Shown: positions 1-9,411 of the stretch, in pieces | How positions within the stretch are numbered: position 1 is the stretch's first letter | Layout of the letters: each line of letters opens with the position of its first letter | Assembly: GCA_019689975.1 (NCBI GenBank) | Contig: JADGGK010000002.1 | Location: 38,114 to 102,113, forward strand | DNA length: 64,000 bases | Source of the DNA: Pseudolabrys sp. | GTDB taxonomy: Bacteria > Pseudomonadota > Alphaproteobacteria > Rhizobiales > Xanthobacteraceae | Direction: 5' to 3' | Translations under genes and position numbers: made by a program | Notes under the pieces: model-generated | What the model was told of the DNA's origin: nothing | Seen by the model: only the letters and a program-made list of their open reading frames with translations | The model's database searches: none

Positions 1-1021
1 GCGGATGGACGAGCTCGGCGCCGGCATGGTTCACCGCCGGCGCGCCGGCAAGGCGCGTCGCGAAATAGGCGACGGTGGTCGAGTAGACCATGGCGGAATT
101 CCAGCCAAGGAAGGCCTTGAAATTCGGATAAGCGAGAAACGCCGGCCCAAGACGTCCCATCGGCAGGATGAGCGAGGCCGGCAGGTCGCCGCGCGGCAAG
201 GTTCCGTATGCGGCGCTCACGCCCCAGCGTTCCCACTGCGATACCGGATGCTGGATGTTGAGATCGGCCTCCTCCCAAGGCAGATTCGCCGGCACCCGCA
301 CCTCCTGCAGCCACGGTTCGCCGCGCCGCCAACCGAGATTGACGAGGAAATTTGCGGCCGAGGCCAGCGTGTCGGGGATGCTCCCGATCAGATCGCGGCG
401 GCCGTCGCCGTCGAAGTCGACCGCGTATTTGAGATAGTCGGAGGCGGTGAACTGCATGCCCCCGAACTCGCCTGCCCAGTCGCCGACCATGTCCTCCACG
501 CGCTGGTCGCCCCGTTCGATGATGCGCAGCGCGTCGAGCAATTGCTGGCGGAAGAAATCCGGACGGCGGCAATCATAGGCGAGCGTCGCCAGGGCGCGCA
601 GGATACGATAATGCCCGAAATTGGCGCCAAAGTCGCTCTCGAGTCCCCAAAAGGCGGTCAGCACCGGCGCAGGCACGCCGTAGGCCTGTTCGATCCTGGC
701 GAACAGGGCGGCGTGCTGTTTCATTTTCTGCAGCCCGTTGGGGATGCGATGGCCGCCGACCATGCGGTCCGAGAACTGCAGGAAGGTCTGCTGGAAAACG
801 GCCTGCCCCTGATCGCGTCGAATGACGGCCGGATCGAAGACAAGATCGGGCGCAGCGGCGGCTAGAACCTGCGGCGAGATGCCCTGCGCAAGGGCATCCG
901 ATTTGAACCGCGCGAGCCAAGTTTCGAAGCTGCCGGTATTGCGACAGCGCCCAGCCAGGGCGGGGTCGGCGGCGAGCACGCATAGCAGGCCCACGGCAAA
1001 GGCGAAAAATGTTTTTTGCAT
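1..1021 (-). CDS. Lytic murein transglycosylase (MltB-like), C-terminus runs off the left edge
   Basis: My own translation of the minus strand from ATG (CAT at 1019-1021): MQKTFFAFAVGLLCVLA (signal-like) ... FWGLESDFG ... WAGEFGGMQFTASDYLKYAVDFDGDGRRDL, typical of MltB-type lytic transglycosylases. It is absent from the ORF track, which has no entry reaching this window edge. Confidence 0.85.
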   Translation of the reverse strand, partial: MQKTFFAFAVGLLCVLAADPALAGRCRNTGSFETWLARFKSDALAQGISPQVLAAAAPDLVFDPAVIRRDQGQAVFQQTFLQFSDRMVGGHRIPNGLQKMKQHAALFARIEQAYGVPAPVLTAFWGLESDFGANFGHYRILRALATLAYDCRRPDFFRQQLLDALRIIERGDQRVEDMVGDWAGEFGGMQFTASDYLKYAVDFDGDGRRDLIGSIPDTLASAANFLVNLGWRRGEPWLQEVRVPANLPWEEADLNIQHPVSQWERWGVSAAYGTLPRGDLPASLILPMGRLGPAFLAYPNFKAFLGWNSAMVYSTTVAYFATRLAGAPAVNHAGAELVHP

Positions 1022-1447
1022 CGTCCCCGCCGCTAAGCAGCCAATTGAGGCCGCACTGTGCCCATTTCCGGCATCGCGTCAAGCGGATGCACGGCGACCG
1101 AGCCGGCTCAGCGCGCGACGCAAGCCCGGCACGTGAAGCTGTGCACCGGAGCGACCGCGGGTGCCGGCGGCGCCGGCGCGCAACAAGAATGGCGTCTGCC
1201 CTGGAGCCCGACGGCGAACCATGATGGCGCGGGACGAAGGGCCGTGATCTGCCGCTGCCGCCGGCGCGCTCCCATCGGATGACCAACCTGAATCCGCGTA
1301 CCGGGTTGCAGCGGGCCGGCACAGGGCGCGAGCGCGACGCTCGGGCGAGAACAGCGGCTTGCGACAAATTCCCCGTTGTTTGGCGCGGTCAGAGAGCCGC
1401 CATAGTCGATGAACCATGACCATCGCGGCGGACAGCGACGGCACCGA

Positions 1448-2770
1448 TCAAAAATACCGCCACCAGACATAAACGTGGCAGAGCGCCACCGAGACGATCA
1501 TCATCGGCAGCGCGTAGAGCGTGTAGGTGACGAAACGGAACGGCACGTCGTTGCGTTCCCCGATACCGGCAACGGTCAGGTTGGCGGAGGCGCCGATCAG
1601 CGTGCCGTTGCCGCCGAGGCAGGCTCCCAGCGACAGACACCACCACAGCGGCTCGATCTGGTCAGGCCCACCATAGGCCGGTGCCATGCTCTTGATCAGC
1701 GGGATCATGGTCGCGACGAAGGGGATATTGTCGACGATGGCCGAAAGAAAAGCCGAGGCCCAGAGAATGGAATAGCCGGCGATCGCCAGATTGCCACCCG
1801 TGGCCGCGACCAGTTCCTTGGCCAGCAATTGCAACAGGCCGCCGACGTCAACGCCGTGCACGACCACGAACAGGCCGATGAAGAAGAAGATCGTGATCCA
1901 TTCGACGTCGCCGAAAGTCTCGTGGATATTGTGAGAAGCCTTCTCGGCGTGGTGTGCCCAATTGTCGAGCAGCATCAGGATCGCGGCGCCGAACATGGCG
2001 ATCGTCGCCGGCTCAAGATGCAACGGCCGTGCGAGCACGAAGGCTACGATGACTAGTCCGAGCACGGTCAGCGATTGCTTCAAGAGCCGTCGGTCCTCGA
2101 TTGAATCCGCGGCGCGCAGGGCCATCACCCGCTCCTCGGCGTCATGTGCCGCTTTGAGATCCTTGCCCCAGACGAGATGAACGATCAGCGCCTGAACCAG
2201 CATGACGATGATGATGATCGGGGTCAGATGGTAGACAAATTCGTTGAATGAAAGGCCCGCCTGCGAGCCGATGAGGATATTGGGGGGATCGCCGATGAGC
2301 GTGGCGGTCCCGCCGATATTGGAAGCGATGATTTCGGCAAACAGATAGGGGTAAGCGGGCACCTTGAGCGTCTTGCAGATAGCAAGTGTCACCGGGACGA
2401 TGAGCAGCACGGTCGTCACGTTGTCGAGGAAGGCGGACACGACCGCGGTGGTGATTTGAAGAATGAACAAGATGCCGGCAGGGCGCGCCTTCGCCACCTG
2501 CGCCGACCACACTGCCAAATATTGAAACATGCCCGAACGGCGCGAGATCGACACCAGGATCATCATGCCGGTGAGCAGGCCGATTGTGTTCCAGTCGATA
2601 CCCTTGAACGCTTCTTCCTGATCGAGCACGCCAACGATGACCATCACGCCGGCGCCCACCAACGCGATGATCGCGCGGTTGATTTTCTCCGACATGATGA
2701 GGGCATAGGTGACGGCGAGAACGCACGTCGACACCCACATCGGATTCAAGCCGAAATAGACCTGCGTCAT
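1448..2770 (-). CDS. ArsB/NhaD-superfamily (CitMHS-like) ion transporter permease
   Basis: 443-aa polytopic membrane ORF with GDPPNILIG and DNIPFVATMIPLI motifs. The track start at 2779 is GTG; the first ATG (MTQVYFG) is at 2770. Confidence 0.8.
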   Translation of the reverse strand: MTQVYFGLNPMWVSTCVLAVTYALIMSEKINRAIIALVGAGVMVIVGVLDQEEAFKGIDWNTIGLLTGMMILVSISRRSGMFQYLAVWSAQVAKARPAGILFILQITTAVVSAFLDNVTTVLLIVPVTLAICKTLKVPAYPYLFAEIIASNIGGTATLIGDPPNILIGSQAGLSFNEFVYHLTPIIIIVMLVQALIVHLVWGKDLKAAHDAEERVMALRAADSIEDRRLLKQSLTVLGLVIVAFVLARPLHLEPATIAMFGAAILMLLDNWAHHAEKASHNIHETFGDVEWITIFFFIGLFVVVHGVDVGGLLQLLAKELVAATGGNLAIAGYSILWASAFLSAIVDNIPFVATMIPLIKSMAPAYGGPDQIEPLWWCLSLGACLGGNGTLIGASANLTVAGIGERNDVPFRFVTYTLYALPMMIVSVALCHVYVWWRYF

Positions 2771-2873
2771 TGCGTGCACGGCATTCCCCCAGAGTCACGG
2801 ACGTTCCGCGGACCCATGCCGGCACCGACCGCACCCCTGCCGTCCCGCAAGGTCGATCAAGCTTGGCGAGGAG

Positions 2874-4313
2874 TCAAGTAAGCTTGAGAAGCGGCGGGAT
2901 CGGGAGCAGCGTCAGCAGCAGGAACAGCGGTATCAGCACGCAACAGGCGTAGAGCGAATAACCGAGGAAGCCCGGCATGCGCACGCCGCGTTCTTCGGCG
3001 ATCGCGCGCACCATGAGGTTTGGCGCGTTGCCGACATAGCTCAGGGCGCCCATGTAGACGGCGCCCATGGAGATGGCGGCGAGCGTGCCCGCCAGCGGGC
3101 CCATGAGCGCGTCGGCCTCGCCCCCGGCGAGCTCGAAGAACACGAGATAGGTCGGCGCGTTGTCGAGGAAAGCGGACAGCGCGCCGGTGAGCCAGAAATA
3201 GGCGGCCTCGTGCGGTGTTCCGTCGCCGGCGGTAACCGCTTGCAGCAGCGGGGCGAAGCTGCCGTCGCGCCCCGCCTGAAGCATCGCCGTCACCGGGATC
3301 ACCGCGACGAAGATGCCGGCGAACAGGACGGCGACCTCGCGGATCGGTGCGAAGGTAAAGCCGTTGGCGGCGCGATGTTCGTCGGGCGTCAATCGCAGCG
3401 AGGCGATCGCAATGAGCACGAGTGCGCCGTCACGCAACACGTTTTGCAGCGCGAGCGAGGTACCGTAGACATCGAGCGCAAGTTTCGGATCCCACCGTGC
3501 GGACAGCAGGATTGCCGCAATGATGAGTCCGATGAATGCGACATTGGGCCACCCGCGAATGCGGATCGACGTTCGTGTCCGCTTCGGCGTAGATCCGGCA
3601 ATCCGCCGGAAATGCCATTGATCGACCGCAAAAAACACCGCCAGTACGAGGCAAGCGACGATCATGGTCTGGAGCCAGAGATGGCGCAGCGGCCAGAAGA
3701 ATGACACGCCGTGCAGGTAACCGACAAACAGCGGCGGATCGCCGAGCGGGGACAGGGCGCCGCCGATATTGGCAACGAGCATGATGAAGAACACGATGAC
3801 ATGCGCGTTGCGTGCCCGCCCGGCGTTGGCGCGAATCAAGGGGCGCACGAGGATCATTGCCGCACCGGTCGTTCCCACGAGGCTTGCGAGTGCGGTCCCG
3901 ACGGCGAGAAGCGCCGTGTTGCCGAGCGGTGTGCCCCGCAGGCTGCCGGTCACGAGAATCCCTCCGGAAACGACATAAAGTGAAAACAACAGGACGATGA
4001 AGCTGAGATATTCGCCGAGAACGGCATGGACCAAGGCCGCCAGCGCCGAACTGAAGCCGAACACCGCCGCGAGCGGCAGCATCGTGGCGAGGGCCCAGCC
4101 GCAGGCGATCGTGCCGTAGTGACGATGCCAGAGCGCGGGCCGCAGCTGGGGGACAAGCGCGATCGACAGCAGGATGCCGAGAAATGGCAGCGTCCAGGCC
4201 CATCCCATGCGCGTGCCCTCGAGCACCGGCGCCGCGGTCGCGCTCTGCGGTGCGAGAAAGCAGCCGGCAAGAATTACAGGCTTGATCCACGCAAGGTCGT
4301 TTGGTCGCGGCAT
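2874..4313 (-). CDS. Sodium:proton antiporter / ArsB-NhaD-superfamily permease
   Basis: Polytopic membrane ORF with LGDPPLFVGY and FLDNAPTYLVF motifs. The track start at 4364 is TTG; ATG alternatives are at 4313 and 4208, so the start is uncertain. Confidence 0.75.
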   Translation of the reverse strand: MPRPNDLAWIKPVILAGCFLAPQSATAAPVLEGTRMGWAWTLPFLGILLSIALVPQLRPALWHRHYGTIACGWALATMLPLAAVFGFSSALAALVHAVLGEYLSFIVLLFSLYVVSGGILVTGSLRGTPLGNTALLAVGTALASLVGTTGAAMILVRPLIRANAGRARNAHVIVFFIMLVANIGGALSPLGDPPLFVGYLHGVSFFWPLRHLWLQTMIVACLVLAVFFAVDQWHFRRIAGSTPKRTRTSIRIRGWPNVAFIGLIIAAILLSARWDPKLALDVYGTSLALQNVLRDGALVLIAIASLRLTPDEHRAANGFTFAPIREVAVLFAGIFVAVIPVTAMLQAGRDGSFAPLLQAVTAGDGTPHEAAYFWLTGALSAFLDNAPTYLVFFELAGGEADALMGPLAGTLAAISMGAVYMGALSYVGNAPNLMVRAIAEERGVRMPGFLGYSLYACCVLIPLFLLLTLLPIPPLLKLT

Positions 4314-4421
4314 TGGCCTTGGCGTAGCAGGCGACGACGACTCCGGCAATCGAGCGGATTGCAAGGATCACTCGGCCCATGGGAGGATGCGAGGACGCGC
4401 CCCGCAACAGGAGGATGCTCG

Positions 4422-4892
4422 ATGGCAGGACAATTGCGTTTTCTCAATCCGAAAACCCTGGCGCCTCCGCCGGGCTACAGCTGCGTGGTCGAAGCGGTCG
4501 GCCCCGGCCGCACCATCTATTGCGCAGGCCAGCTGGGTGTCGACAGGAACAACGCCTTCGTCGGGGCTCCGGGGGACTTCCGGGCGCAATGCGCGCAGGC
4601 CTTCGACAACATGACCCGGGCCTTGGAAGCCGTCGGTGCGTCCTGGCGTAACGTGGTCAAGATCAACAACTTCCTCGTTGATATAGAACGCAACATGGCC
4701 GCGTTTCGCGAGGTGCGCGACCGCTATGTCGACCCGAAGACGCCGCCCGCGTCCACCACCATCGGAGTGCCGGCGCTCGCGCGTCCGGGAGGATTGTTCG
4801 AGATCGAGGCGGTTGCAGTGCTGCCGGCCAAGCAAGCGGTGCAGCGACCGCGCGGCGTCAAACGCAAAGTGCGGCGGCGACGACGGACGTGA
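4422..4892 (+). CDS. RidA/YjgF family reactive-intermediate deaminase with a basic C-terminal tail
   Basis: Internal Met 133 of ORF 4026..4892. MAGQLRFLNPKTLAPPPGYSCVVEA...VKINNFLVD...ASTTIGVPALARPGGLFEIEAVAV is YjgF/RidA-like. The upstream 132 aa are Arg-rich junk antisense to the permease gene. Confidence 0.8.
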   Translation: MAGQLRFLNPKTLAPPPGYSCVVEAVGPGRTIYCAGQLGVDRNNAFVGAPGDFRAQCAQAFDNMTRALEAVGASWRNVVKINNFLVDIERNMAAFREVRDRYVDPKTPPASTTIGVPALARPGGLFEIEAVAVLPAKQAVQRPRGVKRKVRRRRRT

Positions 4893-5069
4893 CGGATCGG
4901 CGGCGACCGCGCGGCAAGGCGGCGCCGCAAACGCCGGCTTACCCATTTCGGCGGGACGTAAATCGCCGCGGCCGGCGAGCGGTTTGGCCGGGTCGCTTGG
5001 CGGCTGCCGGCGGTCAACCCTTCTCGCCGGAGAAGACGATCCTTGAGGCACGACGCCGAAAAGAAAACG

Positions 5070-8000
5070 TCAGTGCGCTTCGTCCCAGTTGTCGGCGGCG
5101 CGGGCATCGACTTTCAACGGCACGCGCAACGCGACCGCAGGATGCGGCGCGTTCTCCATCACCGACCGGATGATGGGGAGCGTCGCCCCGACCTCCTCCT
5201 CCGGCACCTCGAAGATCAGTTCGTCGTGCACCTGCAGCAGCATCTGCGCGCGCAGCTTCGCCGCCTCCAGCGCCGGTTCGATGCGGATCATGGCGCGGCG
5301 GATGATGTCCGCGGCCGAACCCTGCAGGCGGGCATTGATCGCTGCACGCTCGTTGAAGGCGCGGATCGAGGGATTCGAATTCTTTATGTCGGGGTAATGG
5401 CACTTGCGTCCGAACAGCGTCAGCACGTAACCGTGCTCGCGGCAGAATTCGCGCGTTTCGTCCATATAGTCGCGAATCCCGGGAAAACGCTCGAAATATT
5501 TTTTGATGTACGCTCCCGCCTCGTTTTTGTCGATGCCGAGCTGAGCGGCGAGGCCAAAGGCCGAAATGCCGTAGATGATCCCGAAATTGATTGCCTTGGC
5601 GCGTCGTCTGATCTCGCTCGGCATGTCCTTTACCGGCACGCCGAATATCTCGGCCGCGGTCATCGCGTGGATGTCGACCCCGTCCTGGAACGCCTTGCGC
5701 AAGGCCGGCACGTCGGCGACCTCGGAAAGCAGGCGTAACTCGATCTGCGAGTAGTCGGCGGAAACGAGCTTCATTCCGGGTGCGGCGACAAAAGCGCGGC
5801 GGATCTTGCGCCCGTCCTCGGTGCGCACCGGTATGTTCTGCAGATTCGGTTCGGAAGACGACAGCCGGCCCGTCGAGGTTGCCGCCAATGCGTAGGACGT
5901 GTGCACGCGCTTGGTGGCCGGATTGACGTAATCCGGCAGCGCCTCGGTATAGGTTGAACGCAGCTTGGACACCTGCCGCCACTCGAGGATCTTGCGCGGC
6001 AGCTCGTGGCCCGATTCGGCGAGGTCCTCCAACGCGCGCGCGTCGGTCGACCATTGGCCGGTCCGCGTTCTGGTGCCGCCCGGCAGCCCCATTTTGCCGA
6101 AGAGGATGTCGCCGATCTGTTTGGGACTGCCCGGATTGAGAGGCGCACCGGCCAGGCGCCTGATCTCCTCCTCGAGCCGAGCCTGCTCCTGCGCGAAGTC
6201 GCCGGAAAGACGCGACAGCACCTGGCGGTCGATGGAAATGCCGCGCCGCTCCATGCGTGCGAGCACCGTGGGCATCGGGCGTTCAAGCGTCTCATAGACC
6301 GCCGTGACGCGCTCGGCGGCGAGTCGCGGCTTGAGCACGTGCCAGAGCCGCAACGTGACGTCCGCGTCCTCGGCCGCATATTCGGTGGCCTTCTCGATCG
6401 CGACCAAATCGAAGCTCACCTGCGACTTGCCGGTGCCCGCGACGTGTTGGAACTGAATGGTGTCGTGGTTCAGCCAGCGTTTGGCGAGCTCGTCCATGCC
6501 ATGCCCGCCCTTGCCGGCATCGAGCACGTATGAGATCAACATGGTATCGTCGTAACTGCGGATCTCGATGCCGCGCTGGAAGAAGACCAGCCAGTCGTAT
6601 TTTATATTCTGTCCGACCTTGAGGACGGCTTCGTCCTCGAGCAGCGGCTTGATCGCGCCAAGCGCCTCTTGCTCCGGGATCTGGCCGTCGCACAGTCTGG
6701 CCGAGGGCGAGAAGAGGTCGCCCCTGCCGTCGACCGTCGCCTCGCGGTGCCCGATGGGCACGTAGCACGCTTCATTGGGCGCCAGGGCAAGCGAGAAGCC
6801 GCACAAGTGGGCCCGCATCGGATCGAGGCTCGTCGTTTCGGTGTCGATCGCGACAATCCCGATTTCAAAAGCGCGGTCGATCCATTCCTGGAGTCGGACG
6901 AGCGTCCGCACGGTTTCGTATTTGCTGCGGTCGAATCCGGCCGTTCGCGCCGCGGCACTGCGCGCGGCGGCAAGCCCGGCAGGCGACGGAGCACCCCTCG
7001 TTGCCTCCGTACGTGTGCGCGCAACCGGCGGTCCGGATTGTGCCGGCGTTATTGTTTTGCCGGGCGGTGCAGGAGAGATCCTTTCCGGCAGGACGACGTC
7101 CGGCGGGCTTGCGGCAAGCGCGCAGTCCGCGTCGATTTGCGTGGCATCGATCCCGGTCTTCTCGGCAATGCGGCGCGTGATCGATGTGAACTCCATCGCC
7201 TTGAGAAAGGCGATCAGCTTCCTGTAGTCCGGCTCGTGGACGGCAAGCTGCTCGACCGGAACCTCCAAGGGCACGTTTCGCTCGAGCGTGACCAGACGCT
7301 TGGAGATCCGCGCCAGCTCGGCGTTGTCGATCAGCGCCTGCCGACGCTTTTCTTGTTTGATCTGCGAGGCATTCCGAAGCAGCGTCTCGAGATCGCCGTA
7401 TTGGTTGATCAATTGCGCCGCCGTCTTGACGCCGATGCCGGGTACGCCGGGCACGTTGTCGGTCGAATCACCGATCAGTGCTTGCACCTCGATCACTTTC
7501 TCCGGAGGCACGCCGAATTTTTCGATCACCTCGTCACGTCCGATGCGGCGATCCTTCATCGTGTCATACATGATGACGCCGTTGCCGATGAGCTGCATCA
7601 GGTCCTTGTCCGAGGAGACGATCGTCGTGGTGGCTTTGGCTTCGCTCGCAAGGCGCGCATAAGTGGCGATGAGATCATCGGCCTCATAGCCGTCCTGCTC
7701 GAGACAGGGAATCTCGAAAGCGCGCACCGCCGCGCGGATTAAGGGGAATTGCGGGATGAGATCGGCGGGTGCCTCGGGGCGGTGCGCCTTGTACTCGGGG
7801 TAGAAATCGGTGCGGAAGGTTCTTTCCGACTTGTCGAAAACCACCGCCAAATGCGTCGGCTTGTCCTCCGGCCGCATCTCGGCGAGAAGCTTCCATAACA
7901 TGTTGCAGAAGCCGAGCACGGCGTTGACCTGCAGGCCGTCCGACTTGCGGGTGAGCGGCGGCAAGGCGTGATAGGCGCGGAACACGTAACCGGAGCCGTC

Positions 8001-8138
8001 GACCAGGAAGAGATGATCGCCTTTTTTCAGCGGGCGCGCCGACGATCCGGCCCGGGCGGGCGCCGGGCCGCCCGCGGCCTTGGGCGGGGCGTTCGTCGCG
8101 GACCCGGTTCGCGTCTTGGTTTTGGCATGCGTCGGCAT
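5070..8138 (-). CDS. polA: DNA polymerase I
   Basis: 1022 aa. 5'-nuclease N-terminus (HLFLVDGSGYVFRAYHA), 3'-5' exo region (VAIDTETTSLD), and polymerase motifs (LVSADYSQIELRLL, QVHDELIFEV). Confidence 0.98.
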   Translation of the reverse strand: MPTHAKTKTRTGSATNAPPKAAGGPAPARAGSSARPLKKGDHLFLVDGSGYVFRAYHALPPLTRKSDGLQVNAVLGFCNMLWKLLAEMRPEDKPTHLAVVFDKSERTFRTDFYPEYKAHRPEAPADLIPQFPLIRAAVRAFEIPCLEQDGYEADDLIATYARLASEAKATTTIVSSDKDLMQLIGNGVIMYDTMKDRRIGRDEVIEKFGVPPEKVIEVQALIGDSTDNVPGVPGIGVKTAAQLINQYGDLETLLRNASQIKQEKRRQALIDNAELARISKRLVTLERNVPLEVPVEQLAVHEPDYRKLIAFLKAMEFTSITRRIAEKTGIDATQIDADCALAASPPDVVLPERISPAPPGKTITPAQSGPPVARTRTEATRGAPSPAGLAAARSAAARTAGFDRSKYETVRTLVRLQEWIDRAFEIGIVAIDTETTSLDPMRAHLCGFSLALAPNEACYVPIGHREATVDGRGDLFSPSARLCDGQIPEQEALGAIKPLLEDEAVLKVGQNIKYDWLVFFQRGIEIRSYDDTMLISYVLDAGKGGHGMDELAKRWLNHDTIQFQHVAGTGKSQVSFDLVAIEKATEYAAEDADVTLRLWHVLKPRLAAERVTAVYETLERPMPTVLARMERRGISIDRQVLSRLSGDFAQEQARLEEEIRRLAGAPLNPGSPKQIGDILFGKMGLPGGTRTRTGQWSTDARALEDLAESGHELPRKILEWRQVSKLRSTYTEALPDYVNPATKRVHTSYALAATSTGRLSSSEPNLQNIPVRTEDGRKIRRAFVAAPGMKLVSADYSQIELRLLSEVADVPALRKAFQDGVDIHAMTAAEIFGVPVKDMPSEIRRRAKAINFGIIYGISAFGLAAQLGIDKNEAGAYIKKYFERFPGIRDYMDETREFCREHGYVLTLFGRKCHYPDIKNSNPSIRAFNERAAINARLQGSAADIIRRAMIRIEPALEAAKLRAQMLLQVHDELIFEVPEEEVGATLPIIRSVMENAPHPAVALRVPLKVDARAADNWDEAH

Positions 8139-8198
8139 GGCCCGAATGTGGGCCGGCGCCGCCGCTTAATCAATGCGTTGCCTTGGCCTGTTGTGGAT

Positions 8199-9233
8199 TT
8201 ATTCCGCCGGCTGCAGCGCGGGGCGTTTCGGCGGCGCGAGCCAGAACGGCGCCGGTCGCTCGAAAAGGAAGCGGAGCGCGGTCCCCCGCACCGCCCAGAA
8301 CAGGCAGAGCGAGCCGGTCACGCCGGCAAGCGTCACCAGTGCCGACACGCTGCCGACGTCGTGGATCCAGTTGAGGCGCAGCAACGCCGCGCGCGCGGCG
8401 GCCATCGGCAGGAAGAACGCGAGATAGATGACGATCGAGTTGCGCCCGCAATAGCGCAGGGGCATGAACAGATCGCTCTTGGCCATCAGCGCCGCGGCCG
8501 TAACCACCGCGCACGCCCCCATCAAGCCGAGCCCGAGGGAGATGAAGGGTCGTGATTCGTAACCGAGATAGACCATGGTGCCGTTGACAAATGCCCACGC
8601 GACGAGTCCGGAGAGACCGAGCGCGGGATGCGCTTGCGCGCGAGCGGTGAGCGCGAAGATCGCCTTGGCGAAAATGTAGCCGGTGTAGCAATAGACGAAT
8701 CGGGCGGCGAACTCGTCAGGCACCATCCAGCCGGTATTGATGTGCGCGATCTCCAGAGCCGCGCCGAAAAGCCAGACGAGCGGGGCCGGCACCCGCCGCG
8801 TCAGGCGGATGAAGATGAAGAAGATCGGCAGCATGTAAATGAACCACAACGTGCCGAAGGGATCGATGAGGGAAACAAGATAGAGCCTTAGCACCTCGGT
8901 GAGATCGTTCTCATGAACGATCAGCGGTGCCTTCACCGCGATCTGAATGGTCATCCACAGCAGGTAGAAATAGGCAAAGTGCGCGACCTTGCGGTCGAGA
9001 TAAATTCGCCATGGCCGGTCGATGACGTTGGCGAGAAACAGGCCGGAGATCATAAAGAAATCCGGCATGCGGAACGGTAGTGCGAAGGCCACCGCATGGT
9101 GCAGCCAGCCCGGATGCCCGACCGCCGCCTCCACGCCGAGCGTGGAGTGCATCATCACGACGAAGACGATGCAAAAGCCCTTCGCGTAGTCGACCCAGTC
9201 GACACGTCCGTCGTGACTTGGCTTGCCCCGCAT
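8199..9233 (-). CDS. Acyltransferase family 3 (OpgC-like) integral membrane protein
   Basis: 344 aa, about 10 hydrophobic segments. N-terminal VDWVDYAKGFCIVFVVMMH is typical of acyltransferase_3. Confidence 0.75.
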   Translation of the reverse strand: MRGKPSHDGRVDWVDYAKGFCIVFVVMMHSTLGVEAAVGHPGWLHHAVAFALPFRMPDFFMISGLFLANVIDRPWRIYLDRKVAHFAYFYLLWMTIQIAVKAPLIVHENDLTEVLRLYLVSLIDPFGTLWFIYMLPIFFIFIRLTRRVPAPLVWLFGAALEIAHINTGWMVPDEFAARFVYCYTGYIFAKAIFALTARAQAHPALGLSGLVAWAFVNGTMVYLGYESRPFISLGLGLMGACAVVTAAALMAKSDLFMPLRYCGRNSIVIYLAFFLPMAAARAALLRLNWIHDVGSVSALVTLAGVTGSLCLFWAVRGTALRFLFERPAPFWLAPPKRPALQPAE

Positions 9234-9411
9234 GTCGCGCTTATGACAAAAATTGCTGTGACGCTCTCGGTGCGAGCCCGCTCACGCGTCATGCCGGGCC
9301 GTTGGCTCGCCGCTCTCGCCACTCGATAGCGGCTTTGCTATTGAGGCACCACTGGCTTCGGCCGTAAAGGTTAAGCGTTAAAGGTTAATCCCGCAGCGGA
9401 CGGATGACGTC

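Noticed and set aside
5-865. 286-aa plus-strand ORF at the left edge.
   Set aside because: It is Arg/Gly-rich with no recognisable motifs. The opposite strand translates into a clean MltB-like lytic transglycosylase, so this is a shadow frame.
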